Shown here: positions 1 through 11,400 of the stretch, one piece after another
How positions within the stretch are numbered: the first letter of the stretch is position 1
How the letters are laid out: every line of letters begins with the position of its first letter
Source of the DNA: Catajapyx aquilonaris
Lineage: Eukaryota
Length of the DNA: 64,000 nt
Direction of reading: 5' to 3'
Assembly (NCBI GenBank): GCA_000934665.2
Contig: KZ538032.1
Span: 1 to 64,000 of the forward strand
Program-made: the position numbers and the translations under genes
Notes under the pieces: generated by a model
Told to the model about the DNA's origin: nothing
The model's database searches: none
What the model saw: the letters and a program-made list of their open reading frames with translations, nothing else

Positions 1-1153
1 GAAACAGCGGCCATCAGTCGGAGATTAGCTCCATTTTCATCAACCCACCTCCTACATGCCGCTTTCCACTACTCAGGAGACATTGACAATAATATTCTTC
101 TGTCGGTGTTGTTGCAATTGGATCTATGTAAGAGGTATGCCACCATTGCCAGGCAAAGAAGTGGAAGGGTGAAACAAAAACGATCTGTTGCTCCATTGGA
201 AAGGTTAGCCTTCCTCTACTGGCTGAGCCCCCACAGCTACGTAAAATGCTCCTCTCAGGTACATCGTCGTCTGATTCGAAACATTTCCTGAAGACCATCA
301 GAAATTACAATTCGGCCTTCCAGATGACATCTTTTGGGGCCGACGTTGTTAGAGAAGGGGGCTTCATGCCTACATTCAAAGTGCAAGGGCAAATTTACCA
401 TCGCATGGGATCACTCCTTCCTTCAGAAAATGAGAGTCCGCGGTTTCTGCAGCTTTACTTCGTGGGGAACATGCAACAGCAGGCGGAATACCGTTGCACC
501 TACTTAAACGGCACGCGCCTCGACATCATACTGCAACTTCAGGAGATGATCCATTCCACCCACACGTTTGCGTCAAATGCTTCAAGCTTGCACTTGAGAG
601 TCCTCCTCCTCTGGAATTTGACTTGGTCATCGATGCAGCAGACAAACGACCACAAGGCGAGCATCGTGGTCGATTCAATCAACCTTCTTGCAATGAGATT
701 GCTGTTATCATGAGTGGTCAGGAGCATGGTAATAACCGGGATATTGTGTTGAAGCTTCGAGACAACACGCTTCATCTATGCAATTATGAACGTAATTGGC
801 TATACCAAATTATTGAATGTGCATCCAGTCCAAAAAAACACACAATGGATGTGAGATTGTAAGCTCTGCCATGCTGGAGCTTCTATACATTCTACATTTA
901 CTTCTACATTTACTCCACAACCTTCAATTTTTCATGACATACTTTTGCTGGATTTTGGAGGTGTATCGTGTATTTTCTTACAATCCGACATCCGCAGTGT
1001 GTTGTTTGGACTTCATGCACATGCAATATGCTCCATGTCACTGGTATGCCAACATTGTATAGCCTTAAATATTGCAAAGGTAACTACCAAATCAATGAGT
1101 CACTCCTATGGAAAAGTATTTCATAACCCGAGCAACGCCGGGTATCCTGCTAG
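1..1153 (+). mobile_element. Decayed, internally deleted Helitron (N-terminal Rep/helicase-protein remnant plus 3' terminus)
   Basis: Translation gives CHHCQAKKWKGETKTICCSIGKVSLP and HFLKTIRNYNSAFQMTSFG...FKVQGQIYHRMGSLLP...FLQLYF, then after a frameshift near 565 EHRGRFNQPSCNEIAVIM...RDIVL; these motifs are typical of animal Helitron proteins. In-frame TAA near 128. 3' end has the hairpin cccgagcaacgccggg (1127-1142) and CTAG (1150-1153) followed by T. The 5' end lies outside the window. Confidence 0.88.
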
Positions 1154-1219
1154 TAAATGATAATAATAGACATGGAGAGGAATAGACTGTGTGGTCTGTA
1201 GAGTACTGTGGTTATGTTG

Positions 1220-1700
1220 TGGTTTCAAACCATTCATGTATATTCACACTGAATTCGTCACCCACTCTCTGACTCTGACCATCCGATCTGGAGAGTGAAC
1301 GTGTCTGACAGACTTTGATCCCAAATCTGAGTGGTGGCATGTGCTGGGCAGGAAGAAATTAAATTTATAGCCAGATCAGAGAGCAGAATTGCATAAGGGG
1401 AATTAAAGATCTATTGTTATAGTCAAGGTCTTCCTGATAAAGCCCCACAAATGCTGAGAGTGGGTGTGAGATAATATTATTGAATACTCTCTGGTTTCGG
1501 CGGTCTTGGCTATAGTTGCTGTAGTAACATACGATGGCGATGCCCATAAGACGCCTACGAGATCGAGCCATTCATTTGTAGTGGCAGTAGGCTACAGTGC
1601 AGTGGTGAGTGTCAGAGTTTCGCATTAGAATATTAAAGACGAGGCAATCCATTAATTGTTAGTTACTTTGTTGACAAGTAGCCTAATTCTTAATTGGCAA
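1220..1700. repeat. Diverged ~480-bp direct repeat, copy 1
   Basis: Colinear similarity to 3187-3660 (shared blocks ttcgtcaccca, actttgatc..aa.tctgagt, ctgataaagcccc.caaatgctg, cgagatcgagccattca). Confidence 0.8.
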
Positions 1701-1756
1701 TATTGTGACGCCAGATCTATTTTTAAGGCTGAATACAACATTATATTGTATTAATC

Positions 1757-2036
1757 TTGGTTTGGTTTGGTTTATTGAGAAGAAGCCAAAGCAACTATGG
1801 CTATCTGGCTATAGAAGACGCAAAGGTGGGATAGATGAAGGGAGAAACGAAGAGGAAAAAGAAGAGAGGAAAGACTGGTATCTCTCTTACTCTGTCTCCT
1901 ATCCCAAAGACCTCTCCGACTTGGGTGGCCCACTGGCCCTGCCAGTATAGACGAAACTACCGCCGGCATAGCTCTTGGGGTCATGGGAGAAACTCAAACC
2001 CCACCACCACGATAAGGTGGAGATACCATCGGGAGG
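1757..2036 (-). mobile_element. Short non-autonomous retroelement, probably RTE-derived (5'UTR-like head, (CAAAC)n tail)
   Basis: + strand cgccggcatagctcttggggtcatggg...caccacgataaggtgg resembles, from memory, the antisense of insect RTE 5' UTRs; short microsatellite tail at 1757-1770. Confidence 0.45.
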
Positions 2037-2251
2037 TACACCCGCGAGCATGAAGATGGAGACGGCAAGCCCTCACCTTCGGCAGGCTGCTCTGCCAATC
2101 TCAGCTATTACGGTATTAAATATACTGACATATATACACGAACACACGCCTGAAGCAGCTAAATCGGTCTAAAAAGAGTTCATTAATTTGAGTCGGATAT
2201 AGAAAGGTCAAAAAAGGGCCTGCCGTCTCCATCTTTATGCTCGCGGGGGTA
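2037..2251. mobile_element. MITE with ~35-bp inverted termini
   Basis: cccgcgagcatgaagatggagacggcaagccct pairs with agggcctgccgtctccatctttatgctcgcggg; TA at both ends. Confidence 0.65.
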
Positions 2252-2759
2252 CGCTGCTTATACACTATGCAACACGATATTTGTCAATGGAAATTCATTG
2301 CTATTTCCATGTTCCTTAGGTCACAAGTAACTCATAATGGGCATTCATTTTGTCTTTGATTTGTTTTTGACCTCGGGGCAGTCAAAAAAACCAGTCCTCA
2401 AATATAGCAGTTTTTCCCAATCAAGTGGGTCTAAAATTCTAAATGTTGCTAGACCATCTCGGATTTTTCTGAAAATAATCACAGTGTGTCAAACTTCAAT
2501 ACCTAGAAGCAAGTTCTAAGCAGCATTATTGTGGACTGCCACTGTTGCTGTACCAGTTGGTTGAAAAAAATGAAGATTAGAATATTAGTGTTCAGAAAGG
2601 CGAGCGTCAGAATTTTTCTACGTAAGTCCGAATTTGCGTATCTCGTACTGTACCTGCCTAAATTGGGGGAACGCCTGCATTCCAAATAGACATCAAAAAT
2701 CGCGCACGAATATACCCGACAATATATTGAAAATCTATATCATTATGTTTATAATTGTA

Positions 2760-3084
2760 CTAGCTGCGGCACCCGGCGTTGCCCGGGAAGAAATGAATGA
2801 AGGGAAAACACCTGCTAGTATATACCCCCGTCAACTGTCTGTCTTTCTGTGTGTCCGGCCACCATAAATGCCATCTGTGGTCCTGCTACTCCAACACCTT
2901 CAACCTCTCCCTCCTGTATAACGGCAACCGTCATTTGCCTGCCATCTGTAGTCAACCCCAAACACCCCCATCCTCTCCCGGCCTGGGGGTGGGCACAGAT
3001 GGCAGGCAAATGACGGTTGGCAGGCGGACAGACGGACAGACAGACAGACTCACAAACGGATTTATTTATATAATAATATATAGA
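2760..3084 (-). mobile_element. Complete non-autonomous Helitron (325 bp)
   Basis: Minus strand reads A|TC tatatattat...(CTGT)n microsatellite...cccgggcaacgccggg hairpin...CTAG|T: canonical termini in an AT target with no TSD. Internal inverted repeat at about 2925-3020. Confidence 0.9.
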
Positions 3085-3186
3085 TATTAAGAAAATACGA
3101 TTTCATGTGCGGTAAGTTTATATCAAAATATTGTACAGCAGCCCAATCTGGGTCCGTCATTATTACTGTACTGTACTTACGTTCTG

Positions 3187-3660
3187 GTTTCAAACAGCTC
3201 ATGCATTCACACCGTTTCACAGTGATTTCGTCACCCAGCATTCTCTTGCCATCCGATCTATCTCGAGGGAGCTCTCGCTCGTGTACATGCAAACTTTGAT
3301 CTCAAGTCTGAGTGATGGCATGTGCGGGGCAGGAAAATAGATTTATGTAACAAGATCAGAGCCGAGCAGTTCATAAGGGGAAAAATAAAGATCAAGCATA
3401 TAGTCAAGGGCTTCTGATAAAGCCCCGCAAATGCTGGAAGTGGGCGTGAGAGAATCGGATACTCTGCTCTGGGTTAGTTGCTGTGGTGATGGATGACGAC
3501 GATGCCCTCCAAGACGCAGCCTGCGAGATCGAGCCATTCAGGTGTGGTAGCAGTACTGGACAACACTATAGTGGTCAGTGTCAGACTTCAGTCTGACATA
3601 TTAATTTTTGTGCTTATTGAATGGGTCGGCATTGTCTATTGTTTAGTAGCCTACTTTAAT
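3187..3660. repeat. Diverged ~480-bp direct repeat, copy 2
   Basis: Colinear with 1220-1700. Confidence 0.8.
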
Positions 3661-3743
3661 AGTGTGTTCCAGAAGTGATTATGACGCACCTTTTCTCCGG
3701 GCGTGATAGTTTGCGAGTTTTGTTCTAAACCAGTGCTCAAAAT

Positions 3744-5126
3744 CAGGGTTGTGAACCGAACCGAACCCTTGCTCCGTGAACCCGATAACAGCGAACCCGA
3801 TCCGGAGCAGTAGAGTCGGGTTCGGAGCGAGCGTCGGAACGGGGTTCGGGTTCAAGGCGGCTCCGGAGTTGAGTGGAGGCAAGGTCGGAGCTGGTTCGGA
3901 GCAAGCGTCGGAACGGGGTTCGGGTTCAAGCCGGTTCAGGAGAAGAGTGGAGTGAAGGTTCGGAGTTGAACCCGGTTCAGGAGCGGGGTTCGGAGCGTGT
4001 TCCGGATCGGGTTCGGAGCGGTTCAAAGCTTGGTTAGGTACAACATACCAACCCAACAGGGGGAAAGGCAGCAAAACCGCTGGATTTACTCCAGAGTATG
4101 CATCATGTTTTCATGGTGGGAGAATGACATTTCCAAGCACCCGCGATACAGGGTGTACCGCAAATGTCACATTTTCATGCATGCGCATTTTGGTATGTTA
4201 CAATATGTCATGCGCATTTTTGCATGCCACAATATGTCATACGCATTTTTTGGATGTCACATTTTCATGCATGCGCATTTTTGTATGCTACAATATGTTA
4301 TGCGCATTTTTGTTTGTTACAATATGTCATGCGCAGTTTTGTATGTCACAATATGTCATACGCATTTTTGAATGCCTCAATATACCATACCCATTTTTTG
4401 GATGTCACATTCTCATGTCATATGCATTTTTTGTATGTTACAATAATATGATATTGTAACATACAAAAAAATGCGTCAGACATGAAAATGTGACATCCAA
4501 AAAATGCGTATGACATATTGTGACAAACAAAAATGCGCATGACATATTGTAGCATACAAAAATGCGCATGACATATTGTAGCATACAAAAATGCGCATGA
4601 CATGAGAATGTGACATCCAAAAAATGGGTATGAGATATTGTGGCATACAAAAATGCGTATGACATATTGTAACATACCAAAATGCGCATGCATGAAAATG
4701 TGACATTTGCGGTACACCCTGTATCGCGGGTGCTTGGAAATGTCATTCTCCCACCATGAAAACATGATGCATACTCTGGAGTAAATCCAGCGGTTTTGCT
4801 GCCTTTCCCCCTGTTGGGTTGGTATGTTGTACCTAACCAAGCTTTGAACCGCTCCGAACCCGATCCGGAACACGCTCCGAACCCCGCTCCTGAACCGGGT
4901 TCAACTCCGAACCTTCACTCCACTCTTCTCCTGAACCGGCTTGAACCCGAACCCCGTTCCGACGCTTGCTCCGAACCAGCTCCGACCTTGCCTCCACTCA
5001 ACTCCGGAGCCGCCTTGAACCCGAACCCCGTTCCGACGCTCGCTCCGAACCCGACTCTACTGCTCCGGATCGGGTTCGCTGTTATCGGGTTCACGGAGCA
5101 AGGGTTCGGTTCGGTTCACAACCCTG
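3744..5126. mobile_element. hAT-type palindromic (foldback) element
   Basis: Termini CAGGGTTGTGAACCG / CGGTTCACAACCCTG; 8-bp TSD CTCAAAAT (3736-3743, 5127-5134); arms 3744-4148 and 4722-5126 are reverse complements; subterminal CCGAAC-type repeats. Confidence 0.9.
4149..4721. mobile_element. Tc1/mariner-like MITE with internal inverted ~29-bp minisatellite, nested at the centre of the hAT palindrome
   Basis: TA|CAGGGTGTACCGC...GCGGTACACCCTG|TA; internal units like tgtatgctacaatatgtcatgcgcatttt switch orientation near 4448. Confidence 0.75.
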
Positions 5127-5832
5127 CTCAAAATAAGAATATTGAAAAACAACTTTTAGGACATTTCATTCGGGGACGTCTGCTGACATCCCTATGCCGC
5201 ATAACAAGTTTTTACTGCTTTTTTAGCCTAAGGAACTGGTGGAAAGCAAACCTTTTTGTACTAGCAATGACCTGATTCTATGGTAGACTAATGTTACCAA
5301 ACAACAATCAATCCTTGTTGACATTATGGCATCATTGATATTGTTGCATGTCATTGTTGACATGGTAACCCCGTTGCCATGGTAACGCGGTTGCGGGAGA
5401 AACCAACTAACTTTGCCTTCAAAAATTAATGATTGTTGTTGATTGCATTAACCATTGATGCAGGCCGTGAGAAGAAAGCATGTACAGTTTCTACCGGTTC
5501 CTATACACTACATACTGTACCGTACAGCACGTCTAGTACAATCTGGGTTCTGTCTTGCGGGTAAAGCCTTGTTTACACGATCACTTTCCTAATGTGCGTA
5601 GTTTACACAACTTTCCTAACGCAAGTCCCTACCCTCCACACGGCCACTTTGCTAAAGTTAGTACTTATGGAAGTAGGCCGTTAGTAGGCAAGCTGCTGGG
5701 CCGTTAGCAGTGGTTAGTAGCTAAGCTGAATATGCACCAGATTTTACATCTCCTGGCCGTCCACATAGACTGTCCTCGTCCGCCGACTCAGCCCCCTGAT
5801 CATACTCCCTGCCTTGACACACGTAAGATACG

Positions 5833-6068
5833 GTAGTTTAATATAAAAATCTCCGCCAGACCTGGAATTTGGCGCTGGCGCGCCCTCACAGGGATCTACC
5901 GCTGCCAGCCTAGTCTTCAACCGCCAAGCCAAACTCCCTCCAAGGAAAGGACGGTTTGGTGTGGTTCCGAAGGCGGCCAACCCGAACTGACCCCCCCAGT
6001 AGATTCCTGTGGGGGCGCGCCATCCAGCGCCAAATTCCCCACATGGCAGAGACTTTTATTATTAAACT
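5833..6068. mobile_element. MITE (imperfect ~65-bp inverted arms)
   Basis: agtttaatataaaaatctc...gaatttggcgctgg...ctcacagggatctac versus gtagattcctgtggg...ccagcgccaaattc...gagacttttattattaaact. Confidence 0.6.
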
Positions 6069-6078
6069 GTGATTAAAC

Positions 6079-6226
6079 CAAGGGGGTAATCACTTCGGTA
6101 CTCCGGTGTACACCTGGGAGTGGTACTCCCTGGTACTCCTCAGGCACCTCACTCTTTATTACTCCGTGGTACTCCTTGAATTTGGTACCCCAGTGTACAC
6201 TTTTCAGTCGAGTGATTACCCCCTTG
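6079..6226. mobile_element. P-superfamily-like MITE
   Basis: TIR CAAGGGGGTAATCACT / AGTGATTACCCCCTTG with 8-bp TSD GATTAAAC (6071-6078, 6227-6234). Confidence 0.75.
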
Positions 6227-6864
6227 GATTAAACTACCCTTAACACAGGGCTAGGCTGGATGTGGTCCTCGTCGTCGTCATCATATGCTAGGAAACACGG
6301 AAGTGGAGGGTGCACGATATAATAATTCTGACATAGGAGACTAATCGAGGGTTTTTAAAGCGACTATTTCAAATACGGCTGAGATCTAGCAATATACGAC
6401 TATTTAGCTCGTTGTAATCATAGTATTTATCCCTTTCCAGTGATGTAATAAATGGTCTGATTTAAAAAAAAAGTTCTATACCGGTATCAGAAACTTCACT
6501 CGTAAGGTAAGCTGCCCGGGCTTACATTGAGAGGTCATAACTTCTGACCTTGTAGCGCAGATAAAGCCAAGTTTCACTCAACGACTCCATTGACAACACT
6601 TGCTGTTCCCTTGTAAGAAGTCTAAATTTTATATGAATTGATTTTACTTCCTGTGACTTAATGAATTGCCAAGTCGTCTGGAAAAATAACAAGTACACTG
6701 TACACATAACCTGTTCTAGTTCCAAACGGATAAACTTATTTGGTGTCTGAAATTTTCACTGACTGACAACCGAACTAACTCTTTACCCTCCTAAATTTTG
6801 AAATTTTTGAGATTTTCTAATTCTGCTTGGCCTAAACATCACCTCTGCTGCTAATTTTCACGTG

Positions 6865-7130
6865 AAAATACAAGGCAAAAGGCGATATTCCGAACCCACA
6901 ACACTAGCAGAGGGTCGCGGTCGTAGGTCCCCGGTCGCCGCAACTGTAGCGCGCTCTCTGGTGGCGCGAACGAGTAGAATATTACCTCTCCCGCTTCAAC
7001 ATCAATTTTATGTAGCAATTTATGAGTCAAGTTTAATCAATCATTTACATATCACTGATATCAGTCGCGGCGACCCGCGACCGGATGCAGGTGTTGTGGC
7101 TTCGGAATATCGCCTTTTGGCTTGTATTTT
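6865..7130. mobile_element. MITE inside an older inverted-repeat element
   Basis: aaaatacaaggcaaaaggcgatattccgaa pairs with ttcggaatatcgccttttggcttgtatttt; outer IR ccctcctaaatttt / aaaatttaggaggg at about 6787 and 7146. Confidence 0.7.
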
Positions 7131-7698
7131 GACCCTGCTAAGGTGAAAATTTAGGAGGGTCAGTCAGAACTTCATCATTGCCTAGATTCGCCTAAATCAA
7201 ATTAAAGGGTAGCCTAGAGATGATGGGGTAAATTTCAAGACGTTTTTGTGACCCTCAGACATGGGGCAGAGACGCAGAGTTACCATGGAGTAACTTGTTT
7301 ATTGTCTCCCATGTTAAGGTTGACTGACCTGATGTGTTGGAAATTATTTTGTTATTGGGTGTTATTATTAAATTGATTTTAATTAAAATGTTGCTCCAAT
7401 CAGACTTATACTCATGAGGAGTGCTGAAATTCCATCCATACTTGTAACGTTTTCAGAATTTGGTCGTGTGCGGCATTTTCGCGGACCTAAAATGTCAGAA
7501 CTTTGCTTTCATTTTTGTGCAGTTTGTTAAAAAACTAAAACGGTGCTTACCAATTTTTGGCCTTAAGCTGCTTACTAGTTAGTAGTTACTTTCAAAGGTT
7601 TAGCTGTTATCAAGAATATAATTAGCTATTATGCCTATGACTTAATGGCAGAGAGCGTCATTGTAGTTCTACCGTCAGCGGTAGGCCCCTATAAGCCG

Positions 7699-8062
7699 AA
7701 TAAAAATAGGCAGTAAAACTGCAGAAAACTATTCTTCCTCTGATGGGTGAGATTAAAAGTAAGAAACAAGTCCATAGGTGGGGGTTGGTTCGTGTCATGG
7801 GGCTGTGTGATGATTAAATTTAATTCAAAACATTCGTGCTTTGGGACTGGGAAGAATTAGGCAGATATCGCTTTTACGTACTCCTCCGACTCTCATACTC
7901 TGCCTAATTCTTCCCAGCCCCAAAGCACGAATGTTTTGAATTAAATTTGATTATCACACATCCCTATGACACGAACCAACCCCCACCTATGGACTTGTTT
8001 CTTACTTTTAATCTCACCCAGAGGAAGAATAGTTTTCTGCAGTTTTACTGCCTATTTTTATT
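7699..8062. mobile_element. Foldback MITE (~165-bp arms, ~30-bp spacer)
   Basis: 7699-7865 is a near reverse complement of 7898-8062. Confidence 0.8.
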
Positions 8063-8659
8063 TAATTCTTTTCATCATCATAATAAAGTAATCTTAAGAT
8101 ATTTTAGGTTTTCAAAATAACACGACGTCGTGCGTATTGATCCCTTCGACAATGGATTTCTGTAGGTACCAGGTACAGTATTTCAGGAAAGAGCAAGATG
8201 TTTACTATGGGGATGGGGACAATGGGACTTCAACGCAACCGTCAGTATTTTTATTCATTTAAGCTTATATACAAATCATCCCAAGTAGGCCTACTACATA
8301 CCGCGGTTACAAACTCAAAATGTACTGATCCTACGACAGCCTCAGTCGATTCATCTCTTTCAGCGCCTTTTGATTGGCGGGACCCACAACTTTCTCCCCC
8401 ACGGACTTTGTCCTCAACTTGTTCATGTCCAGTCCTAGGATGGCTATACTCCTTTGAGGCTGGTGACGCGGCTCAGGGCTACATATGCTTGTCCTTTAGC
8501 AAACAAATCCTTCCCCAGGTAAACAACAGCCTCATAATTATGGCCCGCATATACTGGATTACTGGATAGTAACAAAAGAGTTAAATACATAAAATTTTCA
8601 TACTAGTATAGATTCCGGATAAAACAGACTTTATAGTCCGGGACGTAAGCGCAAAAATC

Positions 8660-9410
8660 AGGCCTAACTCTGCACTTTGTGATAAAAAGGTGCCACTTGG
8701 CACATACGTTATCTAGGCCTATAGGTGCTACTTGAAAGTTGGCGCCACCTGATCGGCCCCTTAGGTCGCGAGTTATGCGGTGTTGCCAACCTGGTCCGTG
8801 ATGAAACTATAAGCGTTTTAAACTTCGCACTTTGTGATAATAAGAAGGTGCCACGTGGCACACATGTTCCCTAGACCTATAGCAGCCATTTCAGAGATGG
8901 CGCCACACGATCTCCCTTTAGGTCACGAGTTATGCGGTGTTGACAAGAATGCCAACCAATGAGGCTCAAAACATGGAAATGTCCTAAAAGTCAGATAAAA
9001 CCGCATGAGAATGGCAGAAAATGATCCAGATCCCCTCTGACGTTGTATTACAACTTACATACAAGGTAGTAATGAGGTAACAACTGTCCATAACGGACCC
9101 TGTGTATAGCGAAAGCCTGTAAATTGCGGAAATTTTCTGGAACCTGGGGTGCAGTATATACAGAGGACATGCTATGTTTTTTTTCTTCTTTTTGATCTAA
9201 GGTGCCGATCGGGTGGCGCCATCTCTCAAATGGCTGCCATAGGTCTAGATAACATGTGTGCCAAGTGGTATGATACCTTGTTATTACAAAATGGAAAGTT
9301 AAAAACGCTTAGGTTATCCCGTACCAGGTTGGCAACACCGCATAACTCGTGCCCTAAGGGGCCGATCAGGTGGCGCCAACTTTCAAATAGCACCTAGGCC
9401 TAGAGAACAT
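8660..9410. repeat. Decayed inverted/direct repeat element
   Basis: Two direct copies (about 8670-8800 and 8825-8945) of a ggcgccac...gagttatgcggtgttg unit and an inverted copy at about 9205-9410. Confidence 0.6.
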
Positions 9411-10810
9411 ATTATGTGACAAGCGGGGAAAGTCTATCGTTTATCTTCACTAGCGACGAGGCGGGGTTGGGAGGGGGGGCGGGCGGAGCTGGCTCCAAAC
9501 ATGTTGGCTATACGCGACGCAAACAATCGGTTGCCGGGAGAACACAACAAAGGGCGTCTTCTTACCCCTGCCAGGCGAACCGATCATATGAGTGCTGGGA
9601 GCCAAATATGAACGCCATGAGGGTTGCTGCAGTTCGTTAACCCACAAAGAACGACATGATGTCACACCAGCAGTGTTTTCTTTCTGACCACATGCAGTAG
9701 TATGCCTGCAGAGTGAGTCGTGGACATGATTGGAGGGGAGAGCCTGGTGGAGGCGGGCGGAACGTGACGTCATGTCGTTCGTTGGTTTAACGGACTGCGT
9801 GAAGGTAAACTTCGCACTTGGTCGCAAAGTCACAAATCCACAATAACGTTCGTTGGCCTGCGGCGCACAATGAGGACCGCATTGTTGGCGTATACAAACC
9901 TACCCTCTCACGATCCGCAATATTAACCCTTTCGTCCCCAGCCACCTAGAATCTAGGCTATGAGAACTCGACCGCGCAGTACAACCAGCTACACCCTCCA
10001 TCGCCTAGTTCCGCTTACGACTGCGCTGAAGATACGAACAAGATATTTTACAAAATAATAATAACAGCTATACTTACCCGTTCATGGATAACGCTATGAA
10101 TGTGTTGGAAACAATTTTCCTCCTATATAAGTCCTTAAATTAATTTCCAAATATACGGTATCGCTGTGAAAATTCGAAATTCGAGTCCTGCTGGCCGACT
10201 GTTAGGCTGATTTAATTATGAAATACGTTAAAATATACGGAATAACAATATTTTGAGAAGGGTGCCAGATGAATTTGCTGAAATCGTCATACCTTTCGAG
10301 AAGTAAGTAAATTTGGGAGTTATCCGAAGTGACAGGAAAGTCTCAGGATATTATTAATTTATTTCTCGGAAAGTACAGCGATTTCAACGAAGTCTTCTCA
10401 AGATTGTTATTCCGTACATTTCAACGTATTTCATAATTAAATCAGCCGGTAAATTGGCCGGTAATACTTGGATTTTCATCTTTTACAGCGATCTTTTAGG
10501 AAATTAATTTACGTACTTATAGCCAAGAAAAATTGTTTCAATACATACGTTGTGTTTTGTATGAACGGGTAAGTATAGCTGTTTTTTTGTTTGACTCGCA
10601 GGAGATAATGTGAACCTTTTGATTTCCGTTATGAACAGGGATTTTCTTTGAAAGGAGACAAAAATCGCTTCCATTTCCGCGTTGGGCATGTTCCGTTATA
10701 TCCGTCAAAAATACATTGCATGCCATATGCATGTGCCCGTTCCCGGAAAATTCCGCAATGGACAGGTTTCCGCTAAACCCAGGGTCCGTTATGGGCAGGT
10801 TTCACTGTAC
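9080..10810. mobile_element. pogo/Tigger-like non-autonomous DNA transposon remnant with a nested foldback (about 10060-10585)
   Basis: Right end reads TA CAGTGAAACCTGCCCATAACGGACCCTG on the minus strand and matches ctgtccataacggaccctg at about 9085; inner IR atacttacccgttcat / atgaacgggtaagtat. Confidence 0.55.
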
Positions 10811-11400
10811 TTTGATGACACTGTCACAAGTGAAAATGGCACATAACACTCCTGCCAATAAACATGGGTTTTTCCAAGGTTTTATTTGCCAGAGGAGTAT
10901 TTTTGTTGATGCATGCTGTAGTTCTTTCTATTTAAAATATAATCAGAGTAGTCTTTAATTTTTTTTTAAATATACGCAGCATCGTAAGGGGATCCCCAGA
11001 ACATACATTGTTCTGAGACAGTTACCAAATGATTCACCAATTAGTGGGAAAGCTCCAGTTTAGTAAGCCATCTATAATACAACAACTGTAATCTGAAAAT
11101 GTTATTTGTATTATTTACGTAAACATTATTTGCAATAATTATAATCTTGCTCTAGTGAGCCTCTAGCGAACAGCATGCACATATTTTTTAAAGATTCTTG
11201 ATGATTGGTGAATGGGGCTGTAAAACATTTTATAAACTTTCTAAATTGTCCTGGTGTTTTGTACAAATCCTTCAGTGAGAGGCCATGTAACTAAAGTCAT
11301 TTATTTATTGGTATTATTTTGAACCAGTAGTTTGGTGTGTCCATGATACACATGTTGTTGCAGGCAACTTCAATGACATTAGTTGAACTATGGTTCCAAC

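Noticed and set aside
4160..4710. Repeat array that could be mistaken for CRISPR
   Set aside because: Contiguous degenerate minisatellite without unique spacers, in eukaryotic DNA with no cas genes.
3679..5275. Mirror-image ORFs (MLPFPLLGW.., MFRIGFGAV.., Cys/His-rich repeats)
   Set aside because: By-products of the palindromic transposon and its minisatellite; no recognisable protein motif.
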